Positions 39,096-51,962 of a DNA stretch of 64,000 bases are shown piece by piece. Positions within the stretch are counted from its first letter, which is position 1. Each line of letters starts with the position of its first letter. The stretch lies in NCBI GenBank assembly GCA_000934665.2, contig KZ538040.1, positions 62,001-126,000 on the forward strand. Direction: 5' to 3'. Source of the stretch: Catajapyx aquilonaris. Taxonomy: Eukaryota. The position numbers and the translations under genes were made by a program. The notes under the pieces were generated by a model. The model was not told the DNA's origin. It was given only the letters and a program-made list of their open reading frames with translations, and made no database searches.

Positions 39096-41686
39096 ACTGA
39101 ATACCTCGCATTGAAAGTTTACCACTAAAAGTAACTGTTGGGGGCAAAACGTAGTGCCAGTGTTAATTATTCATTCCAGCATTTCAGCTCTGCATTAATC
39201 TGGCTATAGATATGATCGTGACTGTCCGAATTTTTTTAACAGTTCTTCTCCGGAGGGAGAGAGCTTAGCTGGTGGTGTCGGTGGGGGGGGGGAGGGGGGG
39301 GGCGTGAGAAATGGACAAATGGAAAGCACGTGGTCCTCATTCCTCCAGATCTCTTTGCTAAATGCGTTTGGGAATGTTTGAAAGAGGAGTCTCCTGGCAC
39401 GCGACAGTCGGTAATGGGCGGGACGGATACTTTTCTTCTTCTTCTTCTTCTTCTTGGGTACCCAGAGAAATCATTCATCTGCTGGTGTTGGAGGAGAAGA
39501 AGGAGGAGACTGTGGGGGGTGACGACTGAGAAAAGAGGATTAGTCAGATGCTGACGTGCGTTTGTCTGGAGCCCTCCCCTGCCTCTCTTTCCCAGCTGTT
39601 AGCTAATGCAAACTCTATTGCGGAATAATGAGGTGCAAGACTTACTAGAAATCGATGCCAGAGAAGCCCCTAGGGCCGCTCTTCTTAAACTCATTGCTCC
39701 CTCCAATGAGAAAAAAAGGCTCCTCCCTTCCAACGAATAATGCATCCTAAATTAGTAGCAACGCTTGAAACTGACACCTACTTTTTGGCAGGCTCTAAAG
39801 TGGGCTTAATTTTCAGAAAACTTTTTAATAGTTTGCTCCGCTTGTTGACTCAGCCGCAATGAGGAATTAGGGTCAGTTTGTAGCTTGCAGAGTGGACGAA
39901 AAGGGTTCTAAATTCAGCAGGATGTTCAAAGTTGCGTACTTGTACCGAGTACAGCAGGCTTTGCATGTTTCCAAACTTTCGTGACAAGCAGATTTAAATC
40001 GCTTGGTAACCTCTCACGACGTGAGGTTTTAGAGAAGCCGTTTTGAATGTTCAGATCAGCCAATGAGAGCAGGCTACTCGTGACAGCAACCAATCAGACT
40101 TTTTGATTTTCTCGTCATACTGCTAACACTGTATTAAAAGTGGCAAAGCACATTAACAAATAGCCGTTACGATATAATTGTTTTAAGTACTTGTCAAAAA
40201 TTGCTACTGATAAGCTATATTTAAGTTTTTAAAAACTGTTAATTGACAGCGTCTGCAAGTAACTGCTACCTGTAAATAACTACATTAAGAACACCACATA
40301 ACAGTGCATAAAAGAACTGCTATTATGTGCTCTACAACACGTAAAATAGTTGACATTAGAATACTAACAGTAAGAAGTAAATAATTGATGATAGGCTTAC
40401 CAACTGCAGTAAAATCACTGCTACTAAACTGTTGTCTTCTGCCGTCAACAGTAAACTTACCACCGGCAGTATCTCCCTGTAAAATAACGGCTATCTGTGA
40501 TGAGAACACCGTAAAATAGCTGTTATTAAAACGCCAAGAAAAGTAAAATAACTGCACGATTACGAATGCATAAAATAGCTGAACACCAATGAATAAAGTA
40601 ACTACTATTAGGCCACCAATACGTAAAATAACTGCTATTAGTAAAATATTTTATGTAAAAATACTGAGACGTAATATGACATTTTGAGTGTATAATCTGA
40701 CCCATGTGTGACCCTATAAGGGTGTCTTCTCTTGTTATATGAAGGATGTGGTCTTGGGTTTTCTCTGGTCGTTCCACGTGGGTTCCTCCTGAGTCCAGGA
40801 GCCCCTGCCAACAGATTCTCTTTTTTTGTGGATCAAATGGCCGTTTTCCCACAGCCGGCACGCGACGTCTTATTACAAAAAGCCGACACCTGCGCCACCG
40901 GTTGTAAAGCAGGATGACAGTCCAGCCAACCCGGTTTTATACCCCCTCATCGTTCCTACTATGCTGTGTTGCCAGGGGTTTGGACTCGAACCACTATCTA
41001 GACACACTATTTTTTCAACAATTTTTGTTGATGGGGAAATTTGTGTGTAGGATAGTCCCATACACTCCGACGCATAATCTAGAGGAGCCCTGCGGTGTTT
41101 GGGTCGCTTTCCACCCACCCCTTTTGTTTGAAAGCCATGAAAGGCTGAGGGTACATTACAGGGTGCTGGGGGGATAGTGGTCCGGCGGGGAAGTTGGCGG
41201 CGATTCCGGCCTCTGCCAACCCCGACCGACCCATCCTTTAGGTCTGGGTGACAGTCAATAAGCTCTCACGATGCATTAACCCGGGGACATCCATGAATAT
41301 AAAAAAAACTCTGACTAGATAGAGCTGGCTTGAAAAGGTACATCTTGAATGGCGCCTGTGTTGCGCTTCACAAAAATGGCATTGCCACCATTGCAGGCTT
41401 GTTGTGTTGCCCTCCAAAAAAAGGCCTTTCAAAATGTATGTACTGGCAACCACATAATGTACCCAGGTTTTTGTGCAAATGATGTATACCCGACGCGTAA
41501 TTCGATTCCGTCCAGAGTCATTTTCGACGTCCACCTGAGCCTTGGCCATGGCCAGATAAAATACCTCTCCATTGGATGTGGGTTTGGTCCTACTCGGCGG
41601 GTCCCAGGGAGCCTGCCAGCCACACCTAAATTACTGCCCCCATTAGGGCCTGTTATTACTGGGAGGGCGGCTCACTACTATAGACA

Positions 41687-41901
41687 CAGGGTGCTGCACT
41701 GCCCAAGTACGCAGTTCACTCCAGCATCCATTTCATACAGGGAAAGGTACCACACAATTCTGCTGTGGAAGAGTTGGACAATTTTGTGACTGTGACCCGC
41801 AGGTTAACATATCAGAAGGTTAACGCCAGAAACGTGAACCCAGGTTAACATACATAATGAACGTGCCATATATGATATTACATCGTATACAAAACACCCT
41901 G
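41687..41901. mobile_element. degenerate or chimeric CAGGGTG MITE
   Basis: The left end cagggtgctgcactgcccaagtac resembles the left end at 46264; the right end aacaccctg-TA matches it only over the terminal 7 bp or so. Confidence 0.45.
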
Positions 41902-42800
41902 TAGATTTTCGAAATTCCCCAGCTATAGCACGTACCTAGAGCTTTTTCTTTCCCTAAAGCGCTGTTATTAGTGTCGACTCACCTTTCCTCACGGCCAAGG
42001 CTGAAAAGGAGGTGGTTATTTGTTGGAAGGGGTATGCTACCCTGCTGTTATTATGTGTTCAGTGGCTTGCAGAGAGGTAATTTAGGCTGCCCGCGGGACC
42101 CCTTGGTTGGAGATGGTTGCCACAGAAACCATCACTACTATCGCCCCCAACGAATATACACCGGGACCCAGGTTGCAATAAAGCCACGGACCTTGCTTCA
42201 ATAGACGTCTTTGGCCCCGGGGCAATGCTTAGAGAGGGTAGAGAGAGAGAGAGAGTCGCTGCGCCGCGGCTATTTTAATTCCTCGTAGGTATGGCCGACA
42301 TTTGTATGCAAATGGGCGGTATTGACACTGCCGAGGCGCTGTTTATTCCCTTGCCTTGCTAGATGTGCAGGCGGAAATGTATGTCGTTTTAGGGGGGAAA
42401 TAAAGGGGGTGCTTGGGTCCAGAAAGTGGCCATTGTTCTGCCCCGGGGCATATTGCCCTCAGGGCCATTTGTATATAGGCACTGAAAGATTGATAGGGTT
42501 GGGACAATGTCCCAACAATTTTTTTCTTCTGATTTATTACTACCGGTACTTTGGCAGTAAAGCAGAGTTGATATTTGGCACGTCAAATGTAATTATTAGG
42601 CTAATATAATTGAGAGTGTGAGTAATTGGACTAATGTAATTTTCAATTATCATTATTACACTGTATACGCAGTGTACTGCTGTTCGCTACTATTACTTTT
42701 ACACAATCTTCAGTTTTCTGTCGCTATGTTGATACACCAAGTATAATACAGACATTAAAATATACGTTAAATTTAAACCCCAATTAAATTCAATTACAGA

Positions 42801-42900
42801 CAGGGTGTCTCATAATTTTGTGAATATTGGGGGTCAAGTGGTACAGGGTGTCAATATTTCAGCATTCCACCTGCCCCGGATGCAATTATGAAACACCATG
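42801..42900. mobile_element. small degenerate CAGGGTG MITE, 100 bp
   Basis: cagggtgtctcataatt ... aattatgaaacaccatg-TA (2 mismatches in 17). Confidence 0.6.
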
Positions 42901-43637
42901 TACTTATTGGCCCTATGCCACCTAAATTCCCCCCCCCCCCCNCCCTTCTTTCGCCCCTCAATTTTCTTTTTTACGACATTGACTTTCCAACCCGCATCAT
43001 GTACCACCTCCACCTGCTAGGTTGGTGCAACAACACCTGAAGGCACAGTAAAACTCCAGTGGCCGGGGTAATTGCACATAATCTGTGAGGGGGGGTTTGC
43101 CTATTAGGAAATTCGTGCAGCGTGGCATCGTCTGAATCCTCACCCACGTCACATCGTCCTCCGAAAATTTTGGTGGCCCACCTCCCCTAGAGCCATGAGA
43201 AGATAGAGAGGGAAACCCAGGGTGGGTGTTCTCCCGCCCTAACATGTCGAGAGGGAGAGAGAGCTCCCTGCATACCCCCCCCCCCCCCCCCCCCCNNNNN
43301 NNNNNNNNNNNNNNNNNNNNNNNNNNNNNNNNCCCTGCATACCCCCCCCCCCCCTCACTCCATGAATATTCCAATGGAGAAGGTTCCGGTTTTTTTCCAT
43401 CCTGAAAGAGAGAGGGGAGAACAGGATTTTCCGGAGTTTGGATGATGGGGGGAAAATTTGGGGAAAGGAATTTTTGGTGGCCCCTGGTATGTAGGCAACG
43501 TTTGGACCAGGCGAGTTGGGCGGGCTGGCCTAGGCTGCAGGATGAATTTGATAAAAATATGTAAGCCAATGTTTGTTTGGTTGTCTGTCTGTCTGTTTGT
43601 CCAGGTACCTCATGGTATACTCCTTGTTCGGTTGCTG

Positions 43638-43640
<3 letters not shown>

Positions 43641-43681
<41 letters not shown>

Positions 43682-43792
43682 NGGGGGGGGGGGGGTTGTG
43701 ATATACTCGTCATTACGAAGGACTGATTGCGAGTGTTATTGACCACTCATTAATTTGTGTGCAATGGAAATTAATATCGGATTCATGCCCTG

Positions 43793-43870
<78 letters not shown>

Positions 43871-44059
43871 TCCTACTGCTGCTACTATTTTGTATATAGA
43901 GACTGTGTAGCCTACTACTAGGCTACTACTACTACTACTCCTGCTGCTACTACAGTACTACTCCTACTCCTACTGCTACTACAGTACTACTCCTACTCCT
44001 ACTGCTACTACAGTACTACTACTACTACTACGCCTTCTACTGCTACCACCCCCACCACC

Positions 44060-44090
<31 letters not shown>

Positions 44091-44128
44091 CTGGTAGTGG
44101 TAGTAGTAGTAGTAGTAGCAGCAGCAGC

Positions 44129-44185
<57 letters not shown>

Positions 44186-44210
44186 CGTCGTCGTCGTCGT
44201 CGTCGTCGTC
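43641..44210. repeat. compound microsatellite cluster (ATT)n, (CTA)n-like, (GTA)n, (GTC)n
   Basis: ATT runs at 43641-43681 and 43794-43869, a CTA/CTC/CTG mix to about 44045, and GTA/GCA/GTC runs at 44061-44210. Confidence 0.95.
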
Positions 44211-45499
44211 ACAAGCCTTTGTTCGTTACATTGTTGATGTTGCTGACAGTTCTTAGGACAAACATATTGTACACTGAGAAGAGTATCATGGGCCATACTC
44301 GTGCATTTAAAGCACACACTTCTGGTGTAAATCTTAGGTTGGTGCAACCTTGTCCATTGATGATCGGGCCTAGTTTAGAACGAAATTCAAGGCACGTGAT
44401 CCCCAATCGAGTTTGAGTCCAGGAAACAGGCCTTTTCCCGGAATTGACTGTGACTGGAACCGCCATGGACGTTGATGGATGTTTCCTCACCGATGCTTTT
44501 CCCTCCGTGTCCATCTAGTCAAAGTGGCCACGAAGAACGCCCTCAACCGTTTCTCTCACTCCTTTTTTTCCCCCCACTTCTAAAACCAACCAGGATTTTT
44601 TTATTTAAAGAGTTGAGTTTCCTTTGGGTCGAATCTTGCTCGATCTGGCTTGAAAGAATTTTGGTGCTGAAAAGGGCAGGCGGGGAGAAGAGGTGCTAAC
44701 AGAGCAGAGATTTATCGAAAGTCGATAGGTTCGATTATAAGGGTTGGGTAGTTTGGAAGGGGTTCGGTCGATGAGGAGTTAATGAAGTCAGCTCCCAAAA
44801 TCCGGGGCTGAATAATCCCAACTTTTCGCCAGTCCCTGATTATCTTCTGGCGCCAAATTTCGATTATCGACCATGCATGACAAGAATGGATTACTCCCCC
44901 TTACCCTCCCATACTAAATCCATTTTTTTTGTATGAAAAGGAACAAAAGTCTAGAATATAACCTGTTGCAAAAGGATAATGACTAGGAATCGTGGGAATA
45001 TCGGCGAATAAATCGGTGGGAAAGTAGGTATTCACACTAACGATCAGGGAGTAAGGCCAGCGACCTTTCAAATTGTCTCAAAATAGTTTAAAAAAAGTTT
45101 CCTAGCAGAATATTTTTGACATAATTTGTCGCATCATGAGGTCGCCGTGAACACACGATTATCTGAACCCAACTCTATTCCCAGAGTGATTACACCAGGA
45201 CCTGTTGCAGGCATGAAATAAAAAGCATCGCCTAATGAACACCCAGCTTGTAATAGGCAACAATAAAAGCGTAGCCGAAAGGGGGGGGGGGGGACGCATC
45301 GATAACAACTCCGCGTGATGAAAAGTAGGTCCACACTCGTAGGCAGTTAGCCTCCATCCTGCAAAGTTCTAATGAGGTTTGAAATTGAATGTGGTCAGAT
45401 GATGTTGCCACAAGCTAATTTTCCCTTCCCTCCCCGGAGCTCCAGGGCTCGGAAGGCCCCTGGAATTAAACCAACCCTGCTATTATACGCTAGGCCGCC

Positions 45500-46010
45500 A
45501 TTTTGCGGGAACTACTTTATCCCCCCAAAAAATGTGTTCGTGCGCTTGGTGGGACTACTTCTCAAGTACCTCGGAGGTAACTATTCTCCGGGGCAACTTT
45601 CGTACTTTTAAAGCTATGGACGAGTGTGATATCTTGTTGAAAATAGATCTTCTTGGCTCATCGCTGAAGTTGTTGTTAACAAATAGATGAATGGCTGTTG
45701 TACTTATCCCATAGCTAAGTTCCCTCCGCGTGGGAGTGAGGTGGCGGGACTACTTTTAAAAATGTATTCATGCACTTTGCTGGACTACTTTTTAGGTACA
45801 GCGGAGGTAACTTTCCTCTGGGATAACTTGCTTACTTTTAACGTTATTGCCAAGTGCGATACCTCGTTAAAATCGTCCCTTCTCGGGCAATCACTTGCCA
45901 TACTTTTAATGTTATAGCCGAATGAATGTGATAGTTATCCCATGGGTAAGTTTCCTCCGCGAGCCAGTGCAGATGTGCACTACTTTTTAAATGTAGTCCT
46001 GCGCTTCTGA
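45500..46010. repeat. degenerate tandem repeat of about 230-bp units
   Basis: ggactactt...ggaggtaact...tactttta occurs at about 45552 and 45782; ttatcccat.g.taagtt...tccgcg occurs at about 45704 and 45935. Confidence 0.65.
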
Positions 46011-46263
46011 AGAAATTTTTAGAGCGGATATCCGGATCAGTGGTACCGGAGTCTTTTTTTAAAAGCAGAGCAGAAAACCGTTTGCTTTGTTGATTCGTTA
46101 GAAATTCCCTAATTTAACGGTTGTCAGGTCCACGTATCCCGGGTGGTAACGAGGTGCAGGCTCCGGGTTGAAGTGCAAGTGAAGCGCGAAGATTCTCGTG
46201 TGCTGGGAGAGAACACCCCGCCTTTTACTACCTCAGCTGGAATTTAACTGCCGCCGCTTTATA

Positions 46264-46466
46264 CAGGGCGGTGTACTGTCCAAGTACCCACTTCATGAGT
46301 CGGGTGTATAGGTAAATAGGCGAATTGTTCACTCTAGTAATCACGGGTACATATAGAAACAGCATTTTTTGGGGGAATTTGTGGAAAAAATGTTTGCAAT
46401 TGTTGCTGTATTGTTTGTACACTTGGCTATTTAGCAGTTGGTACAATTGGCCAGTGCACCACCCTG
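46264..46466. mobile_element. Tc1/mariner-type MITE, 203 bp, TA flanks
   Basis: TA-cagggcggtgtactgtccaa ... ttggccagtgcaccaccctg-TA (3 mismatches in 20). Confidence 0.75.
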
Positions 46467-49400
46467 TACTGTACTATACTGTACAGCAAATGCGTTGCTT
46501 CACTTAATTCCCCATTTTCAGAGCCGGGTAGGCCCTTATTTTCATTCAATTAGGTCTGCCGGTTGACGGAATGAACCTTACCTGTGTTATCTCAATTATA
46601 CCGGGTGGAAGGCGGGCGAGTGTAATTAATGGGCATTCCGGCCAAACTATTATCCTGTGGGGAAATGTTAGTTTGCGGCGGATCCGAGCCGAGATTGACA
46701 GTTTAGACGGGGATGGCAGCCAGCAGGCGGTGTACACCGAATTTTGGCTAATTGCGCCACTGTCCAGAGCTCGAGTAATTTTGCTTAATTTTCTTGCCCG
46801 GGCTAAGATGTGCTGGTCCGCATTACAATTAGTGTTATGTTCAAGCCGTACTACGCCGAAAATTCAAATTAAATTTTTAAAAATTTATCACGCTGAAATC
46901 TGCTTCCAAATTTCGATGTTGTATAGTCCTGCATATTTGAACCAGTGTGAGTGGATACATATCCAGCTGTTTCAATATCCATGATAGACGTCAACTCCAG
47001 AACCTTTTGGTGCCTGGAATCCGAGCTGCCTCAGTAATTAAAGAACATTCCGGGGCAAACTATTAGGGAAATTGTTAGTTAGCTCAGGGTGTGTATAGGC
47101 CCCCCCGAGATTGACACACCGAAGGCTGTTTCCCCGTGGAGTAACCCCGCGGTCTTGTCTGGAGTACGGTCGAGTGAAACAATAGGAAGTGAAGCAGCCA
47201 CAGAGTCTGCGGCGGACGTGGTTACTTCCCAGAGGCCAACACCATCTTATCCTCAACCAGTGAAATATTGGTTGCCTTTCTCGCTGTCCTCAAACCGGAA
47301 GCCAGCCAAATGTGGGCAGGTTTGCCAGTTTGACCTGGTCCAAAATGGATGTGCATATGTTAAGTTCAAACAAGCAGAACTGAATTTTTGGGCTCGTACG
47401 CGGAATGATATGAAGATGATGAAAGGGGGGGGGGGGGGGNGGGGGGGGGGGGTGTCATCAAGCAATGCGACGAACCGTGCCTGGCAGGGAACGTACTGGC
47501 GCGGTCACCCCAAAGCCTTACAGATACACCAACACAAAAGGATGGAGCCCTTAGTGTTTGTGTATCTTTGCCGTGGCACAATAACGTTTGAGCCCAATTA
47601 GACGTCTAACTACTAACATCCACAGGACTGGCAAGGGTAATGAGATATTACCTGGAGGCGTCTAAATGCCTCATTAACAAGAGTCCAGTTTTGTCACGTA
47701 TATCTTTGGCTTAACAGGACTTGACGGTCGCAGTCACGTCCGTCTTGTTAACACGGTTCCCACATTTCGCCGAGCGTGTTTCTCTTCACACGCGCTGTCT
47801 CTCGACGTACTATATATTCTCCAAAAAATTTGGGCCACGTGTGGGTTGCTAGGATGAACAAATCCGATGTGCATGTATAAGGCGAAGGGAAGCGTGAGAT
47901 ATAAAGTAGCGTAATGAGAATGGTGGTTTGTGCGGTAGGAATTTCTCTACCGGATCGACTCATCGCCCACCATTAAAGCTCATAAATGCCCGGCGAGAAT
48001 TGGCCGTAATTGGAACTAGTCCGGATCAATATGGAGGAATTAATGGGGCTCTGCCTGTGCCTTCAGCAATCACCTAACCTTTAATTACTTGTTAGCTACT
48101 CATTCTCTTTAAAAAAACTACCAGTAAATTATTTTTTTTCATTATACAAGAAGCGGGTCTAATTTGTAGTTTCTCTTAGTTTGAGTTTGTGGGATCAATG
48201 CACGTGGCGCGATCTTAAGCGACGCCTTGCGATTGGCTGCGCACGTGCAAACAAAAGAGAAGCGTTTGCCGCGCCCTGGGGGTGTTTGTCGTAATTGGCT
48301 AATTAAGCCTGGCCAGGTGAGGGATCATGGAAGCTGCCCACACATCCCTTTATAATCAGTGCAGACCCTTTATAGAAGCAAGTGCAGGGTGTTGCCCTTA
48401 GGTCGGGTTATGAATAACAGTTATTTTTAGTACTGGCTATGTAGTAGGAACGCTACGAACATTTTTGTGAAACACTTGAAAAGTTGTGGACATTTTGATT
48501 ACCTTTGAGGCTCAGTTTCTAGGGCAACACTGACAGGTACGAATCAGATTTTCTGACGTATATTACCTCGCTTTTCCACTGATTTATAAAAACGGATCCG
48601 ATTGTGAGAAACAGGTTTTAAAAACAGATGAGTATCCAGCCGAGTAAAATGGTCGATAAAAATAATTGAGTTTTTTTTTTTTTTTAGGAAAAAAACTATC
48701 TGTGCCTGTGTTCTTTTAGAGTGGAAACAGTTTTGTATGAACGAGGATTGCCTTTTAATTGGGTCGTAAGATAGGAAAAAGCTTTCAGTGTAGCAGCAGG
48801 AACGTCGTATACATTTCAGGTAATGATGCTCATATTGCCGAGACGACTTTGGATCGTATGCAAATGATTTTTACCATGCGCAGGCGTGTGTAAGGAAAAA
48901 GATTTATGGCAGGTTAACACGCCGTATAAGACCACAATTTTTGATCACCTTTTTTTTAAAAGTTGTAATTATTCCAGTGTTCAGAGGCGTGCCGGATGAT
49001 GAATTGCTCATGTGCATGTGTGATTCTGCGGGTTCATTTGATGCATACATAATGTGAAGATCCTGGGGTTGAAAAGGCGCTGTTTGGTGAAGAGATTTTG
49101 TATAGGTTGGAGGGGAAAAGCTGTATTGAATTTTTTGGGGAGTTGGGTGTGAGAAATATTGCGGTGGCATTTGGCTTGGCATTTCTTGATGTATTGCTTC
49201 TATTCTGGCCATGATTGTGGTCTCATTTTCGTCTAAATTGTCTAGTTTCTATTCGGATTGATTCCACTAGAAACAGTCTCATCCATCATCAGAACTCTGT
49301 TGAACACTTTGAAATTCCTGAGGCGTAATCTTCCAAGTTATCACCTTTCTCCGCTATTAAAGTCTAAGGAGAGGGCGAACCCTTTTCGTCTGATCAGTAA

Positions 49401-50301
49401 TGGAAAGTCTTAACGAATCTGCTTCCCAAGATTTTCTGAACTGGAAACGATCCAAACGAACATCTTGTCAGACTTAACTTTTGGGAGTCAAAAACTTAGT
49501 TTGTAGAACAGTAATTGTCGGCTCCCTGGCATATTCTCTTTGACCCCCTTTTCTTTTTGCGAAAAAGATCTTGAGGTTCAAATGCGATTCGATTTACTTG
49601 GGCTCGGGACAACTTTAACGACATGGAGAGTCGAACCCCCTGAGCTATTGTCTGTAAATGAAACTGGGGTAAGGTGGAATAGGGAAGTTTGGTGCTGGGG
49701 ACATTGGTATGGAAAAAAGGCTGGGGGGACGGGGTAGGGGGGTGTCTAGGGAGCAAAAGACGACGTTAATTTCCTTGGAAGGAAATAAACGTCACGCCCT
49801 TCTTCTTCTTTTCCCTCCTCCGGGGACTTTGAAACACTTGACGAAAAGTGTGTAGTAGTAGCAGCAGCGCCCCTCTAGCGTTAGATTGCCTTCCACCAAA
49901 AAGTTTGACAGGGCTGCAATTTTTTCAATTAAGGCCTTCAATGAATATTAATGAACTCGTGGGAGGGCGGCGTCGCCTTGCTAAATTCACGGGGGTATTC
50001 AGTGCACCCCCTGTAGTTCCAAGAGAATGAAAGGAAACGGCTTCTTTCACGGGATGTGAGGTCACACACATTTATCAGGAAATTTCAATTGAAACAGAAA
50101 TGTTTTTTTTTATCATTTTGTACGGATTGAATTGGCATTTAATTTTAGTGGTGGTTCAGTGAGTCTGTATTTGATTAATTTGTTATTTATTTTGCAATTT
50201 TCAGTTACTTTCAAATGATTTTCCAATTTTTATTATTTTCCAAATTGTCTAATTAATCATTTTAAAATATATTTTCCCAATTTTAATAATTTAATAATTT
50301 A

Positions 50302-50452
50302 TTTTTCCATTTTATTTTATTTATTTTCCCCATTTGCAATTTAATTTACTTTTCCATTTTATTTTATTTATTTTCCCCATTTGCAATTTAATTTACTTTT
50401 CCATTTTATTTTATTTATTTTCCCCATTTGCAATTTAATTTACTTTTCCATT
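50302..50452. repeat. about 48-bp tandem repeat x3
   Basis: tttttccattttattttatttattttccccatttgcaatt(t)taatttac three times. Confidence 0.9.
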
Positions 50453-51077
50453 ATATATATTTTTTACAAAAATTAATGCAAACTGTTACAACTGAATTTC
50501 CGGAACTTCCTGAAAATTTGCAATAATACTCCAAATTTTTTTTGTCCTTCACCAGAGATTCGAACCAGTCCTAGAATTTGCAATGAGGCTTTTCCCTCCC
50601 TCCCATCAAGTACCAAGTCCTGAAATTGAGCTCGTAATTGGTTAGATTGACAATCACGCGCACTAATTGGTGCAAACCGGCCTGCTCTTTTACCCCCCAT
50701 CATCCTCCGTCCGGATCTTTTTCACGTGCCAGTTTTGATTTTCGGGAGAACCTCCCGCGAGAGAGGGTGGGCCTAAAAAAAAAATACCGCCGGTTCTAAT
50801 CTTCAAACGCGCAACAAATTGGCCCGAATCATGTACGTATTAATTATTATTGGCCCTTTTTTGGCAGTCGGTCCCTTGCCGTGGATGGCAGTCCCCCCGT
50901 CAGCCCAAATCATATTTTGGCCCAGGGAGTCACGGAACCCCCATTCAGGTCACGCCATCTGACGCGGATAATTACCGCGCTCTTCCAGCTACCAAACCCG
51001 CCTTAATCATACTGATGGGACTCACATTACCCATATATATTTCGTTTATTTGTACATATTGTAGACTAGTGAGCCAA

Positions 51078-51165
51078 TTGCCAAAACTTGGCAACACTGC
51101 CGCAGACTGTCTATATAGTACCACATTCCTCACATAGATGGCGCATCCTCTCTCGCTGCCAACTA
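51078..51165 (+). repeat. dispersed repeat copy (same family as 22028-22125)
   Basis: ttgccaaaacttggcaacactgc...gactgtc...tagtaccaca..cctcacatagatggcgcatcctctctc. Confidence 0.7.
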
Positions 51166-51199
51166 CCCGGACAAACAGAGGCACAGCATCAAGCCAATT

Positions 51200-51545
51200 T
51201 TATATACATGCTAGCAGGAAGCCAGTTCTTTGCGCGGCCTGATTACATGACCGTTTGATGCCATGGACAAACAACCAACCAACCAACCAACCAACCAAAC
51301 AAACAAACAAACAAACAAACAAAGCAAAACGTTGCCTTTTATATGTAAGACATGCTAACAGGGAGCCCGTTCTTTGCGAGGCCTGATTCCATGACACTTT
51401 TATGCCATGGACAACCAACCAACCAAACAAACATACAAACAAACAAACATTGTAAGACAGGCTATCAGGGAGCCCGTTATTTGCACGAGCTGATTCCATG
51501 ACTGTTTGATGCCATATGCAAACAAAGAAACGTTGCCTTATATAT
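51200..51545. repeat. three direct repeats of about 110-145 bp with (AACC)n/(AAAC)n spacers
   Basis: catgcta.caggga.ccc.ttctttgc..ggcctgattccatgac..tttgatgccat occurs three times. Confidence 0.85.
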
Positions 51546-51677
51546 AAATATATTATGTAAAATTCCCCGCAAGTAGCGGCCTGCCGGTGTAGATTGAATT
51601 TGTGGGTATTTCTGGCTTTCATGCAAATTTATTTAATTGTTATTTATGTTAATAATGTTTTTTTTTTAACTTTACAG

Positions 51678-51962
51678 ATTTGAAGAAGCAGTTTGATTCA
51701 CCTCCGTACTCGCAGAGTGTGGAGCTGGAGCAGCAGATGGAGCTGAGGTGCCTGCCTCCTCAGGGTGTGCCTCCTCCAACAGTGTCTTGGATGCGGAATG
51801 GCGTCCCACTAGATCTGGCTAGAGAGCCAAACTATATAGTGTCTAGCGAGGGTCATCTTTTAGTGGTCCAGGCCAGGCTTCAGGACATGGGCAATTACAC
51901 GTGTGTGGCCGAAAACGTTGCTAATCGTCGAGTCAGCGAGCCAGCCACCCTCACCGTGTATG
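51678..51962 (+). CDS. unc-5: unc-5 netrin receptor exon, second Ig (I-set) domain
   Basis: Acceptor tttacAG (51676-7) and donor G|GTGAGT (51963). T+AT=Tyr gives VA-Y-LKKQF (UNC5 'AYLRKNF'). LRCLPPQGVPPPTVSWMRNG...QARLQDMGNYTCVAENVANRRVSEPATLTVY matches UNC5 Ig2. The preceding intron 21709-51677 is 29,969 bp. Confidence 0.95.

Noticed and set aside
43266..43345. Direct repeat ccctgcatacccc on both sides of a gap
   Set aside because: Most likely an unmerged contig overlap at a homopolymer.
43979..44347. Poly-Thr ORF (also poly-Val 37948-38130 and poly-Ile 43458-43742, 54736-55125)
   Set aside because: These are translations of trinucleotide microsatellites, with no splice or codon-usage support.
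47089..47601. 170-aa ORF and other longer ORFs (11826-12320, 41349-41789, 61242-61643, 62642-63070)
   Set aside because: Non-coding-like composition, homopolymer-derived residues and no recognisable homology.
50545..50610. Isolated B-box-like GGTTCGA motifs (here on the minus strand; also about 24378, 27512 and 40985)
   Set aside because: No convincing A box, cloverleaf or TSD; not called as tRNA or SINE.
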